Shown piece after piece: positions 21,701 to 31,716 of a stretch of 64,000 nucleotides of DNA (the stretch's first letter is position 1; each line of letters starts with the position of its first letter). Where the stretch lies: IMG/VR virus record IMGVR_UViG_3300045412_000261, positions 64,001-128,000 of that record, one strand, 5' to 3'. The stretch is from a virus. The position numbers were made by a program, and so were the translations under genes. The notes under the pieces are model-generated. The model was not told the DNA's origin and did not search any database. It saw nothing but the letters and a program-made list of their open reading frames with translations.

Positions 21701-23237
21701 CTAGTTTATATAGCCAAAGATTACTTAATTGATATCCATTATTTACTTCCCATCCTAATGATTTCGCATAAGTTTTTAAAAGCTCATTAGGAATTCCTCT
21801 TTTAGGATGTTCATCTCTTCTATGAATAGAAGTAAGTTCTTTAGTAAAAGCATATAAATTATCAAAGTGCTGTCCTATCATATCAAGAAAAACAAAATAT
21901 TCGGAGTTGTCCGGATTGTTTACGATATGACCAGGAGTAGCTTCATATAAGGTATTATAATTTCTACTATCGAATCTACTAGCTTTTGATAAAGAAGATG
22001 AATACCAATAATTGTATGCAGAAGATGTTATATGATAGTTATAATACTTATTGTTTGATATATACTTAGGAGCCGGGGTAATGCTTCCTGTTATGTCATA
22101 AGAAAAAATACTACCAGAAGAATAGTACAAATAATTCTCAAATTCATCAAAACTATTTTTAACCTGATAAGACCTTTTTATTATTTTGTTATAATCAGCA
22201 ATACCAAACAGACTCCCCGAACCATTGCTATTTTTTATCGCATTACTTTGGCTATTATAAAATTCTATTAACTGTAATTTATAATTATAATTCTTTAATC
22301 TTTCTTGAGCAGATCCATAAAATACAAAATTAGAAAAATCAGAATAGTCTATATTTAAAGGAACAGAAGCGGAGGATGATATAACTCTGTTTATTATAGT
22401 GTTGGCTGTTTCATACTTTGAATCCAATAAAGTATCCCAATAGTGATAAATATTTTCATCTTTTGAAGGCAATAAACTATTCCATGTACTATAATTAGTA
22501 GATTCTCCGCTAGTTGTATTTATCGAATAATTTGGAGTTAAAGTTCTAGGTTCACTAACTACTTCAGGGGATGTAACAGTAAATGAATCAAAATAATCTT
22601 CTGCTACTTTATAGCATATATGAAGTAGATTTCCTGTTTTTAAATTTTCTACAGGATTAAATAATTTAACATAAATTACATATTCATCTTCACAATCTAC
22701 TTTTATATTTATAATTGAATAAATTTTATTCTCCCCTAAATTTATTACAATATTATTAATAAATCCTAATGTTCTTAAATAAGATGCTTTTTCTTTAAAT
22801 AACTCTAATTTATTTATTATATCGGGATTATTTTTTAGGTAATTAGGCCTTATTGCTAATTTTAATTCTAACTCATCCGGACTTATTTCTTGAATATAAA
22901 AATATTGATTATCTATATCACCAAAAATATTATACAAAAAATTAAAACATAATTTATAAGTTCCTTCAAATATTTCAGAATCAAAAAATAATTTACATAC
23001 ATCAAAATTTATATCATCATAAGTAGAATCAAAATCATTTCTTACATTATAAGCAGATTTAACTAAATCATAGTTTGTATTATAAATGTGAGAATCTATT
23101 GAAAATGGATTTTTTATATCATCCACTATTCCTTTTGATATATCTAAACTCATAAATGGTTCATAATCAAATGATACTCCTTCAATTAATGATGATGAAT
23201 CCTTTATTTTATCTTTATTTATGAATCTATCTATCAT
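18780..23237 (-). CDS. Large virion/baseplate-associated protein (1485 aa)
   Basis: Contains a tail-P2-I/baseplate-like segment (MIGQHFD...LLKTKGTERSLKTLLSIYGIP); structural operon context. Confidence 0.65.
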   Translation of the reverse strand: MIDRFINKDKIKDSSSLIEGVSFDYEPFMSLDISKGIVDDIKNPFSIDSHIYNTNYDLVKSAYNVRNDFDSTYDDINFDVCKLFFDSEIFEGTYKLCFNFLYNIFGDIDNQYFYIQEISPDELELKLAIRPNYLKNNPDIINKLELFKEKASYLRTLGFINNIVINLGENKIYSIINIKVDCEDEYVIYVKLFNPVENLKTGNLLHICYKVAEDYFDSFTVTSPEVVSEPRTLTPNYSINTTSGESTNYSTWNSLLPSKDENIYHYWDTLLDSKYETANTIINRVISSSASVPLNIDYSDFSNFVFYGSAQERLKNYNYKLQLIEFYNSQSNAIKNSNGSGSLFGIADYNKIIKRSYQVKNSFDEFENYLYYSSGSIFSYDITGSITPAPKYISNNKYYNYHITSSAYNYWYSSSLSKASRFDSRNYNTLYEATPGHIVNNPDNSEYFVFLDMIGQHFDNLYAFTKELTSIHRRDEHPKRGIPNELLKTYAKSLGWEVNNGYQLSNLWLYKLGTDNTGSFLETGTLASQAHEYLTHQIWRRIVNNIPTLLKTKGTERSLKTLLSIYGIPQTLISIKEYGGARPPKYNPTHKSYRYQYLLKFDGNQFVKIPWGQSIPPNENQVSAPRVSEFRFRTTNSSSLSMSLWSIEDSKNSNKVYNNLELVSYRAFSTSSRSGSYAYGYLRYKSAQSTSNSTSSFTIKTIQSKYYPFFDGDAWNVRIYTDRNISNTKKTGSIHIEWKKSSGDFENWISFSGSMIVTSSADISFTWGSTSSLLIPHNIILGGSTGSQFAGVNSSRYRGFLQAYKDYSDIYSEKIFEEHTLNPAAYHGSSYTSSFDTLNRFYPMGVDALRYNHSAYKFVSSSHPNRVKSQYTTASFIGFTGSQENQYKPYSEIYYSYSPSIGASIVKSDKIRIEESFYTNQLSSEKRVQINTFDTDPVDSNKLAVVFSPTDQVNRDIANQYGGIDLDNLIGDPSDLYRDEYNNLRLNRENYWKKYKNRNNYNKYIEIFSLYDYSIFEQIKQLVPARANLIAGILLEENVLERAKVARKNPSLTNPQYEKTIIKTDSQVGEYILYTGSISYAPPVEISHKKYTSSLEFDIAPDFEQIKYSTNTEMPPDLELEYRKYKSELPISITPDFKHEKITSTLNYYGDYSLVFSDLESHKVNQKGNLYEFGGDTYLYKYENLIDISEINRDMSNIYSISDLGTLEHIKGNIHLLNTNEENDITSNMESLYYFDNERKLIESYATLNRHLSFIGNVLHGSGSIEENIAYRFKRNGTYKNRVLNRRKINFYDGNTNVISNDFKLDSSFYKIENIVGKVTNFNIDNFYNDNNSYNYVLSSSFHNFNSTLTKLQLKEYLYKNEYVINDAGNIYRNSSYVTQSIIQSEKSNLKYKKVVYHYSSSTAVNYSSQYQKNLNLATLINTKNYYSSSLVPANYQYVEDSVSNRIRFTGCKLTGLDFNVDTTDTIDGGPVVEYREVSANQIIV

Positions 23238-25378
23238 ATTTGATTATTGAATTGATTTTGATTATTTACAATATTTGAATAATCTGCAAACTCTATAGTA
23301 TTACCGGGAATCCCAGAACCGTAAACTCTATCTCCTGTTCTGTCAGACCCGCCGGTTCCTCCTGTATCTCCTCCTCCTGTACTTCCACCTGTTCCCCCAC
23401 CGGTATTACCTCCTGTTCCATTACCACCACCAGTATTACCTCCTGTTGTAGAACATTCTAAATTGCCTATTTCTATATTAACACTAGTTACTTTTCTACT
23501 TCCTAATTCTGTTTCATTGATAGTCATTGAGCCACCTCTATATTGATAAGTTTTATAGGAAGTCAGACCTGTAGTTAGTGTTGCTATTTGACCTACTATA
23601 TCTATTTTTTGATATGTGTAAATAACTTCTCCTTGTCCGTCACATGGATGTAACGCATATATAGTTACATCTTTTCCACCAGAAGGTCCGGAACCACCAC
23701 CGACTTGAAGACAACTAGTTATCCCTTCCGCTTTTCTAAGTGATGTAAATAAAGTAATTCCATTAACTGTCTTTAAAAATTCAGGATTTGATCCGTCCCA
23801 ATAATAAAAACCCTGATTAATAATATTGAAATATATTTGATTTCTTAATGGCTCAACAGAAGTATAGCCAGGACCTTTACTAGGATCACAAGAATAAACT
23901 TTCCAATATCTATTACCTGCTCCGGTACCAGTACCTGTTCCTGTGCCTACATTTATTGTAGTAGTGGTACTTGTGGTAGAAGTAGTACTTGTAGTAGAAG
24001 TAGTACTTGTAGTAGAAGTAGTACTTGTAGTATTTCCGGTACCTACATTTATTGTAGTTGTGCTTGTAGTAGATGTAGTACTTGTATTATCTTTTGGACA
24101 TTCAGGACAAATAGAATTAGTTCCGGATGCTCCAGTTGGTCCAGCAGGTCCTTGAGGGCCTAGCCCGCCAGGTTGACCATTCTGTCCGGGTTGTCCATTT
24201 TGCCCACTTGGTCCTGTTGGTCCTGTGTTACCAGGCTGTCCGATTGGTCCAATAGGTCCTGTTGGTCCAATAGGTCCAGCAGGTCCAGCAGGTCCGGGTT
24301 GCCCGTCCCTTCCATCTCTTCCATCTCTTCCAGCAGGTCCAGGTAATCCACTACCTCCACCAATTACATTCAATCCATCTTTACCATCTTTGCCAGGTCT
24401 TCCTTCAGAACCGCTAACAATTATAACAATAGGTTCCTTGTCTTCGCAGCAGTTGGACGGTATGTTGTTTATAATTGGAACAACAGGGTCAATAATGTTT
24501 CTTACTTTTTTCCTAACCGCAGGTGTCCATGATGAAGATAAATCAACACAATTTCCATTATTGTTAGTGTTTATAAAATAGTATGTATATCCTTCTAATG
24601 GTCTTGCTCCAACTTCTGCAATCTTAACAAAAGTTCCTAATGGGTAAGTAGATAATTCAGAGAAATCTACTCGTTCAATAGATATTACATCGTTATATGT
24701 TTTATTTCTCTCAAACATCATAACTTCCAATGTCTCGTTATTTGGAATAAGACATACAGAAATATCAGTCAATGCTTGTTCATTTGCTCCAATAAAATAG
24801 TTGAAATTTGCGTCGATTAATTTAGATATAACAAAGTCAGAAACAATTACTTTTTCAGGCCTAACAAAATAATACCCGGGGTCTACCGATAGACTTGTTC
24901 CTTGTAATTTATAGCTTATAGGAACGTATTTTATTCCTTTGAGATTTACTTTTAATTTTGGTTTGTTTGCTTTACTTATATCTTCGGAGGAGTATCTATT
25001 TTTATTCTGTCCTTCGATTTCAGGAATTCTTTCATTTATTGTTCCAAATATTACTTTTTCTACATTTCCCTCATATCTTCTAATAATCTTATAATTTATG
25101 TAATCATCATTTGAGTCAGATGTCAATATAACATTTTTAGGGATTGGAAGAGTTATTTCTAATTTATTATTTACATTTAATGCATCTCCAATTTTTATTA
25201 ATTCTTTAGATTCTGCCGTGGTAAATCTTCCAGACATATATTTCACAAACTCATCTACATGATATTGACCTTTATAGATGTCTCCATTTAAATAAGTAAA
25301 TTCACCATTAGATAAATTAGGACCTGTTCTTCTATTATTAGGGTCAGATACTCTATGTATGTCTTTCTTTTCCTCCAC
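23234..25378 (-). CDS. Virion protein with short collagen, Thr/Ser-rich and Gly/Thr-rich linkers and Cys-paired modules
   Basis: Gly-X-Y run (GPAGRDGRD...), (TTS)n tract, modules VYSC...ITSC and LHPC...NLEC; GTG start. Confidence 0.7.
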   Translation of the reverse strand: MEEKKDIHRVSDPNNRRTGPNLSNGEFTYLNGDIYKGQYHVDEFVKYMSGRFTTAESKELIKIGDALNVNNKLEITLPIPKNVILTSDSNDDYINYKIIRRYEGNVEKVIFGTINERIPEIEGQNKNRYSSEDISKANKPKLKVNLKGIKYVPISYKLQGTSLSVDPGYYFVRPEKVIVSDFVISKLIDANFNYFIGANEQALTDISVCLIPNNETLEVMMFERNKTYNDVISIERVDFSELSTYPLGTFVKIAEVGARPLEGYTYYFINTNNNGNCVDLSSSWTPAVRKKVRNIIDPVVPIINNIPSNCCEDKEPIVIIVSGSEGRPGKDGKDGLNVIGGGSGLPGPAGRDGRDGRDGQPGPAGPAGPIGPTGPIGPIGQPGNTGPTGPSGQNGQPGQNGQPGGLGPQGPAGPTGASGTNSICPECPKDNTSTTSTTSTTTINVGTGNTTSTTSTTSTTSTTSTTSTTSTTTTINVGTGTGTGTGAGNRYWKVYSCDPSKGPGYTSVEPLRNQIYFNIINQGFYYWDGSNPEFLKTVNGITLFTSLRKAEGITSCLQVGGGSGPSGGKDVTIYALHPCDGQGEVIYTYQKIDIVGQIATLTTGLTSYKTYQYRGGSMTINETELGSRKVTSVNIEIGNLECSTTGGNTGGGNGTGGNTGGGTGGSTGGGDTGGTGGSDRTGDRVYGSGIPGNTIEFADYSNIVNNQNQFNNQI
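23957..24085. repeat. 9/18-bp repeats encoding a mucin-like (TTS)n linker
   Basis: Repeated gtagtagaagtagtactt units. Confidence 0.85.
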
Positions 25379-26502
25379 TATTTACTGACTTTAAAATATA
25401 TAGAATCATCAATTGTTTTTTCAATGTCTCCTCCATCCATTTTCACTTTAATTAAAACTTTATAATATCGATTTGGAAGAAATGTATTAAAATTTACTTT
25501 AAAATAATTTCCTTTACTATCACAGCTTATTACATTATTATCATCAAATGGGACAACATACATAGATGTTTGTTCATCTTGTATAGCATAGTAAGAAGAT
25601 GTTGGTAATCTTTTACTTGATATATAATTAGATGATGTAGAATATGTTTTAACTGGGATTCTATCTCTTACTAAGAATCTAAATTTTGTTTTATCTGTTG
25701 GGTAGTAAGATGCTTTTTTATTTTTTAAATGTATGATGAAGTCTTCATTAGGTACTTGAGTGAATGAAGATGTTCCGGAGAAGTCTGCATCATTCCATAC
25801 GATATCTATTCTTGGTATGAATATAGTGTGAGTTTCCCTGCCGAAAAATTTGATTGAGCCCATTTCTTCTGAACTCTTTTCATCAACATCACTTCTTTTT
25901 ATTATAAGTCCATTATTTTGAATAGAACCTGAAATCCATTTGTGAACAATGTTAGTTATGTCCATTCTAATATCAGGAATTTCTTGATCAAATGACTGTG
26001 ATGCAACATAACCACTTTGGTAGTACCAATTACCACCTCCTTTTTGAGTAACATAAGAACCTGTAGTTCCAGCAACAAAAGAACCAGTAGTCCATTTTTT
26101 ACCTGTATTGTTAAAATAACCATCTCTATATGTCCACGAGACTCCTTCTTTTATATAAGGTGCAGCAATAAAATATCCTTTTCCTTGATTCCACGATTGA
26201 CTCACTGGATAAGCATATAAAGAATATGATAAAGATAAATTTTCTGCTTGAGCGGAGAATAAATTAAGGTAATATTTACTAGATTTTTTTATAGTTCCAT
26301 TTTGAATTAATTTATTTATCTCAGCAGTATCTAGTTGCAATAATATTCTAGAATTGTAGTTATAATCCCAATAGATATTATCAGAATCTATTGTTTTTGC
26401 TGTTATTTTTTCCAACTCAATTATTTGATCTAAACCTGTATTCATATCAGGTTTTCTCTCATAAATAGTTGCGTCTCTTGTTGGATATACTGAATATTGC
26501 AT
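25378..26502 (-). CDS. Virion protein, DNRLRE/CBM96-like
   Basis: DATIYE..PDMNTG, SRILLQLD, MDITNIVHKW...NNGLIIK, P.I.IVW pattern. Confidence 0.55.
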   Translation of the reverse strand: MQYSVYPTRDATIYERKPDMNTGLDQIIELEKITAKTIDSDNIYWDYNYNSRILLQLDTAEINKLIQNGTIKKSSKYYLNLFSAQAENLSLSYSLYAYPVSQSWNQGKGYFIAAPYIKEGVSWTYRDGYFNNTGKKWTTGSFVAGTTGSYVTQKGGGNWYYQSGYVASQSFDQEIPDIRMDITNIVHKWISGSIQNNGLIIKRSDVDEKSSEEMGSIKFFGRETHTIFIPRIDIVWNDADFSGTSSFTQVPNEDFIIHLKNKKASYYPTDKTKFRFLVRDRIPVKTYSTSSNYISSKRLPTSSYYAIQDEQTSMYVVPFDDNNVISCDSKGNYFKVNFNTFLPNRYYKVLIKVKMDGGDIEKTIDDSIYFKVSK

Positions 26503-26503
26503 T

Positions 26504-28390
26504 TTATGATAGATTTACTACTCTTCCTAATATGTCTTTATTTTTAAATTTAACTTCAAAAATAGATGGGTCTAAAGCAGGATATAAAATATTATTTCTA
26601 GTCGCTGTAGCTATATCGTAATAATTTCCTGAATATCCCTCATCTTCTTTGTATTTATTATGTATATCAAAATTCAATATATTTTTTACACCGGGTACAT
26701 CCTTAATTAAACACATAACTTCACTTATATAAATAGGTTGACCTATCTGCATTTTATCATTAGAAAAATAATCTCTAAGATTTGATAAACATTGTAAAAG
26801 AACTTCATTTGAATTATAAGTAGGGGATGTCAATATTTCAAAACTTATTGCTATATTAATAATGAAAGCATCTCTAATATTTATAGCGTCTGTCAACATC
26901 CTATATTGAAGTAAATAATTTTTAAGATTCATTTTTACTGCCATGTTTAAAGGAGTAAAATTCTTATTATTATCATATCCTAATAAATATAAATTTAAAG
27001 ATAATGGATTTGGAACAAAATCAAATGTTCCATAGGCTCTAGTTTGTGCATCTCTTTCAATATGAGATTTAGCAATAGCTCCAAATTTAGGTGGCATAGT
27101 GTAACATCTTACCATATAGTCGTCTTTTGTCACCGCCCTATTTTGTGATGCAAAGTGATTTATAGCCTCCTCTCTTAAAACTTCTATGGGCTTGTCAGAA
27201 ATACCTCCTCTTGCTGGTTCTGGGTTATTTATAGCAAGAGATCCTATAGCTGCATTATATAGAGTAGAATCTAAAGCACCTAAAGGAGTAAGTACATTTA
27301 TTGATGATATAGTAGTTATAGAATTAGCCGGAACATTATCAGGAATTCCTCCTCCTATTGTATATCGAACAGTTAAAGTAGTATTTGATGGAGCACTACC
27401 ATAAGTCTTCGTGTACAAAAAGTTTTCAGGAGATATGCTTAAATCTACAATTCTTTCAAAATAGTTTAAACCAGATCCTACATTGAAAGGATTTGGTACA
27501 ATTTCTTCGTCTACTTCACTACTAACACCTCCTCCAAATTGTATTTCAGTTCTGTCATCTAATCTAAGTCTAGTAACAAATCTTTTTTCAGTTTGTAAAT
27601 ATGTCAATAAGTATGGAGCCGAGTCTCTATATTGAGATAAATTTTGATCATTATGCGGTAAATTCTGGACTGGAATAGGTATTGTGTCTTGAGCTAAATA
27701 AGGAACTTCGTACCATTTATTTCCGTCCGAATCTGTTATGCTTAGTATTTCTAATACATTAGTTTCTGGTAAAGTTATCTTATTGTAAGGTTTAGGTGTA
27801 GCAAACGTATATTCTCTAGATATAATAGTCCCAGAAACAGCTTTTACTTTTTTTCTAAACAAGTAGTTTTCAACTTCTCCTGTATTATCAATAGAATATA
27901 CAGATATTTCAGTAGGGTCTAATGAAGAACTATATCTAAAATCAATAGAATCTATAGCCCTAAAAGTTACAGCTTCGTCACTAGAAGCTATCATATTAGC
28001 ATCTATAGCTAATGCATATTTAAAATCAGGTTTATTATTAGGTCCAGTTCCAGTAGCAGGAACTATTTGATATATATCCAAATCTACAGATGCTCCTGTT
28101 ATAAGGGCAGGTTTAAAACCTAAAGAATTAGCTATATTATATAAATTAATTTTTTCTTGTACAGTAGATAAAAGAGATTCTCTTAATTGTATATCAGTGT
28201 AAAAAGATAGAACATCTCCAACATAAGATGCTAACTCTATAAACATCATACCCGGGGAGGCTTCATTGAAATCATTATAAGTATCTGGAAAATAGTTTTT
28301 AGAAAAATCTATAAGAGATTGCCTAAATTCTCCAAAATCTTTATTTACATATTTTACATCCTTGCTAATTAAATTACTTCTTTTACTCAT
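26504..28390 (-). CDS. Baseplate wedge protein (T4 gp6 / baseplate J-like)
   Basis: YVNKDF...DFNEASPGMMFIELASYVGDVLSFY, YTIGGG, QNRAVTKDDY. Confidence 0.88.
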   Translation of the reverse strand: MSKRSNLISKDVKYVNKDFGEFRQSLIDFSKNYFPDTYNDFNEASPGMMFIELASYVGDVLSFYTDIQLRESLLSTVQEKINLYNIANSLGFKPALITGASVDLDIYQIVPATGTGPNNKPDFKYALAIDANMIASSDEAVTFRAIDSIDFRYSSSLDPTEISVYSIDNTGEVENYLFRKKVKAVSGTIISREYTFATPKPYNKITLPETNVLEILSITDSDGNKWYEVPYLAQDTIPIPVQNLPHNDQNLSQYRDSAPYLLTYLQTEKRFVTRLRLDDRTEIQFGGGVSSEVDEEIVPNPFNVGSGLNYFERIVDLSISPENFLYTKTYGSAPSNTTLTVRYTIGGGIPDNVPANSITTISSINVLTPLGALDSTLYNAAIGSLAINNPEPARGGISDKPIEVLREEAINHFASQNRAVTKDDYMVRCYTMPPKFGAIAKSHIERDAQTRAYGTFDFVPNPLSLNLYLLGYDNNKNFTPLNMAVKMNLKNYLLQYRMLTDAINIRDAFIINIAISFEILTSPTYNSNEVLLQCLSNLRDYFSNDKMQIGQPIYISEVMCLIKDVPGVKNILNFDIHNKYKEDEGYSGNYYDIATATRNNILYPALDPSIFEVKFKNKDILGRVVNLS

Positions 28391-28392
28391 TA

Positions 28393-28905
28393 TTATAGTA
28401 TTTGAGCTGCCAAATCATTATTGGAATTATATATTATTATGGTTCGATTAGCACCTCTTTCTGTTACGGAAAAATTTATTCTAACATTAACGGAATTTTC
28501 TGCTTCAGAATATCCGTAATTTTGATTCCCTCCAATAACAACATCTAGACTTATAAGTACTATATAAGGTAGCCAAAAACCGATATCCTCTTCTAAAGAT
28601 GTTTCTAAAAAACCTCTATTAAAAGAACTATTTTGCTCAAATACAAAATCTCTTAAGATAGTTCCAAAAGTAGGATGCATATATCTCTCTCCTTTTCTAG
28701 TCATTAGTAAATTTATTAAATTACTAATAGCTTGATCTTCTGTTGTATAAGATAATTGAAAAGCTCCAACATCTCTAGCGGGTTTTTTATTATAAGCTTC
28801 TAATGGACTTTTAACATAAGTATTTCGATTAAAAGGAAGTAGTATGCCTACTGCTTTATCTAATTTTACATCAGGTGGATATGCCTTATATATTATTCTA
28901 GCCAT
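28393..28905 (-). CDS. Baseplate gp25-like protein
   Basis: NLINLLMTRKGERYMHPTFGT...WLPYI. Confidence 0.88.
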   Translation of the reverse strand: MARIIYKAYPPDVKLDKAVGILLPFNRNTYVKSPLEAYNKKPARDVGAFQLSYTTEDQAISNLINLLMTRKGERYMHPTFGTILRDFVFEQNSSFNRGFLETSLEEDIGFWLPYIVLISLDVVIGGNQNYGYSEAENSVNVRINFSVTERGANRTIIIYNSNNDLAAQIL

Positions 28906-29324
28906 TATTTTATTTTTTCCGCTTTCTTAAGCACAGGAGTATAATTTCTAGAAAGTAGCTTATTCATTAAATTACCTCCTTCCGATGAAGGTAATACTAC
29001 TTTTCCATCCATATCAATAACAGGTTCATTTAGATAAGAATTTGATACGTTCGTATTTTCTGTGGTAACAGAAGGGCCGTAATCCATTTCAGAACTATTA
29101 AAAGGAGAAGTACCTGAAAGTAAGGAATCTAAAGACTTATAAGTTTTTGACTTATCGTTTTCATTTTTATATATAGGGGTTGTAATCTTATTTGAATTTA
29201 TAGAAGTGCTAAAATTACTATATGATAATTTATTAAATTCATCCCTAATAATAGATCTTACTTCTTTTTTTAGTTCTTGGGATATCTCTTTTATTAAAAA
29301 TTTTATAAGTGAGTTCTTATCCAT
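28905..29324 (-). CDS. Hypothetical protein
   Basis: 139-aa ORF with a candidate late promoter immediately upstream. Confidence 0.7.
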   Translation of the reverse strand: MDKNSLIKFLIKEISQELKKEVRSIIRDEFNKLSYSNFSTSINSNKITTPIYKNENDKSKTYKSLDSLLSGTSPFNSSEMDYGPSVTTENTNVSNSYLNEPVIDMDGKVVLPSSEGGNLMNKLLSRNYTPVLKKAEKIK

Positions 29325-29325
29325 G

Positions 29326-29338
29326 TTTATAATAAATA
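29326..29338 (-). promoter_or_regulatory. Candidate late promoter TATTTATTATAAA
   Basis: 1 nt upstream of ATG 29324, which implies a near-leaderless transcript. Confidence 0.55.
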
Positions 29339-29350
29339 TTTATTTTGTTA

Positions 29351-31303
29351 TCAATTTAAAAAATTAACTTGAACTATTTTACTAAGGTCAACTAATTCAT
29401 GAGATATATGAGCATAATTATCTTTATATAAATAAATTTCTAATTCTTTTCTTATGCAATCAGAATTAACTAATAATTTTTTCTCTACGAGCATAGAATC
29501 TTCTAATATAAATAAATTAGTATTAAGTAATTTGTTTATATCAGTATTGTATTTAAACTTATTCCCTACAATATACCAACCCGGCTTACAGTTTTCTCTT
29601 ATTATTAATATCAAATAAACTACATCTGAAATAATAGCTTGAGTTCTTTTACTTTTTATTATCGAGACTATTTTATAAAAATGACCATAACATCTTCCAT
29701 CAGGATATATGTAATTAATTGGTATGCTTATTAAATCTAATTCAGGATTATAGGGGATTCCAGGGTTTCCAGGTCCACCTGGTCCATTAGGCCCTCCAGG
29801 CCCTCCAGGTTGTCCTGGCGGATTACCTGCACTTGGTCCTTCCGAAGGTGAAGAATTACCTTCACCTTGTGGTGTTCCGGGTAAATTTGCAGGAGTACCA
29901 TCTGGTTCTGTAGCATTTCCACCAACTTCGGGAGTAGGATTTGTATTAGTATTACTAGCACCTCCTAGAGTTCCTGGTAGTTTTACATTAATTGAATTTA
30001 TATAAGAGTCGATAGATAAATCAGGTAAATTACTAGATGGATTACCTATTGAATTAGTTTCAGATTCAGAACCTCCGGGCATATCAGGAGAAGATGTTAT
30101 AGAGCCTCCCACTTTACCGTCCATTCCGGGTATGCTATTTGTGAAGCCCGTAGGAGCAACTCTTGATAATCCATCAGTACCTAATTTGTAATTTGCAGGT
30201 AGTGCAGGAGGTTGTGGAAATCCTTGTGGACATCCTCCTTGCCAAAAAGGACTTATCGTATATCTTTGAAGAGCTAATATGCTAGGAAGCCATTGAGAAA
30301 CTAAAGAGGGTCCAGCAGCTGTCGCTATTCCAGATATTCCGGCTACATTTTTTAATTGTTCCCATAACCCTTGAACAAAGTCAATAAGATCATCAAAATC
30401 AACATCATGTATATCTGTAGTTAATCTTATTTTAGATGCAGATAAATATAATGTTTTTTTAGCAATTAGCATCATATCATCTTTTTTTGCCTGCATAACA
30501 ATCCTATCCGCATTTGTAGCAGATTGAGCTTTACTAAAACTTGGAATACTAGATAAAGGAGCGGGACAAGCTCTTACAGAAACAAACCTAGATAATGCTT
30601 GATCAGAGGTCCAGTAAGTTGTGGAAAAATCATTTGCAGCATCCTCTATCGCATAAGATAATGAATCTTTTATTTGTCTATTTGGTATATCTTTAACTTC
30701 GTTTGGTAATGGTTTATTAGGACCTAAAGGTTTATTTGCCACTATCGTTATTGGATTCCCTGCCTTACCGGATTTCCATGTAGGTTGAACAGCATGTTGT
30801 GGATGATTTCCAGTTCCAATACCTAATCTAATTGAAGATCCTCCTCTCCCCGTAAAAGTTGTATCTCCTTCAAACGGTTGCATAAAATTAAAAGTGTAAG
30901 GCCTAGTAGGAAATGTATTACCGGGTTTTACAAATTCGGGTGCAGGTTTATTATCTTTAATTTTAGACCTATTAGTTACATGAGGGATTTGATTTATTAC
31001 CGGATCATTCGTGGTATTTATCGGGAGAGGAATATAATACATTACTTTATCCAAATTGGGAGCATCTGTACCATCATATCCAGTTAACTCAAATACAACT
31101 ACATGCTCTCCTTTTAATGGAATATTTCTAAAATTTGTAAATAAAGGTCTAGCATAATGAGCTCTAACATTACCTATTAATGATTCCGGATGCAATTTTA
31201 CTTTTACGGATCCTAGTGGAAGAATTCTACCTTTATCGTCTTTTTGATTTTTACCATACGCCTTAAAGGTCTCTATCACTTCCGCCGATACTAAATAGCC
31301 CAT
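29351..31303 (-). CDS. Putative baseplate hub/spike (gp5/gpV-like) with a Pro/Gly-rich extension
   Basis: OB-fold-like N-terminus (ARPL...IPLKGEHVVV), FEGD..F.GR.GSSIRLG, beta-rich segment; sits next to gp25/gp6. Confidence 0.55.
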   Translation of the reverse strand: MGYLVSAEVIETFKAYGKNQKDDKGRILPLGSVKVKLHPESLIGNVRAHYARPLFTNFRNIPLKGEHVVVFELTGYDGTDAPNLDKVMYYIPLPINTTNDPVINQIPHVTNRSKIKDNKPAPEFVKPGNTFPTRPYTFNFMQPFEGDTTFTGRGGSSIRLGIGTGNHPQHAVQPTWKSGKAGNPITIVANKPLGPNKPLPNEVKDIPNRQIKDSLSYAIEDAANDFSTTYWTSDQALSRFVSVRACPAPLSSIPSFSKAQSATNADRIVMQAKKDDMMLIAKKTLYLSASKIRLTTDIHDVDFDDLIDFVQGLWEQLKNVAGISGIATAAGPSLVSQWLPSILALQRYTISPFWQGGCPQGFPQPPALPANYKLGTDGLSRVAPTGFTNSIPGMDGKVGGSITSSPDMPGGSESETNSIGNPSSNLPDLSIDSYINSINVKLPGTLGGASNTNTNPTPEVGGNATEPDGTPANLPGTPQGEGNSSPSEGPSAGNPPGQPGGPGGPNGPGGPGNPGIPYNPELDLISIPINYIYPDGRCYGHFYKIVSIIKSKRTQAIISDVVYLILIIRENCKPGWYIVGNKFKYNTDINKLLNTNLFILEDSMLVEKKLLVNSDCIRKELEIYLYKDNYAHISHELVDLSKIVQVNFLN

Positions 31304-31715
31304 CTTGTAATTCTTTATCTATGCCTGTAAATTCTTTTAATAAGTCATCATCCCCTTTTTGTAACATCTTTAATTCCGTCAATTCTTTTTGTGTTTCTAG
31401 AGATAATTCTTGAAGTAAATGCTCTTTTTCCTCCTCAGTTAAATTAAAATCACCATTAGATATAGACGATGCTCTACTATGCATTCTTTGTACAATAGCT
31501 GCCATTTTTATAAGTTGGTCATCATTTTTAACCATAACATCAAAAAATTCTTTAACAACAGGTAAAACAACAACAGCATCATTTATACTTTGTACAACTC
31601 CATCTAATCCTTTTAGCGTCTTATCTAATTCTTTCCCTCTTTTCTTTGAGTTACTGTAAATCTCTTTTAATAGATTTGACATGCTAAAATCATCAAATAA
31701 TTTTATATCATCCAT
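31263..31715 (-). CDS. Hypothetical helical protein
   Basis: 150-aa ORF in the operon; function not recognised. Confidence 0.7.
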   Translation of the reverse strand: MDDIKLFDDFSMSNLLKEIYSNSKKRGKELDKTLKGLDGVVQSINDAVVVLPVVKEFFDVMVKNDDQLIKMAAIVQRMHSRASSISNGDFNLTEEEKEHLLQELSLETQKELTELKMLQKGDDDLLKEFTGIDKELQDGLFSIGGSDRDL

Positions 31716-31716
31716 A

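Noticed and set aside
31263-31715. Terminase small subunit assignment for this ORF or for 2301-2933
   Set aside because: Size and helical character are compatible, but I recognise no diagnostic motif, so both are left as hypothetical.
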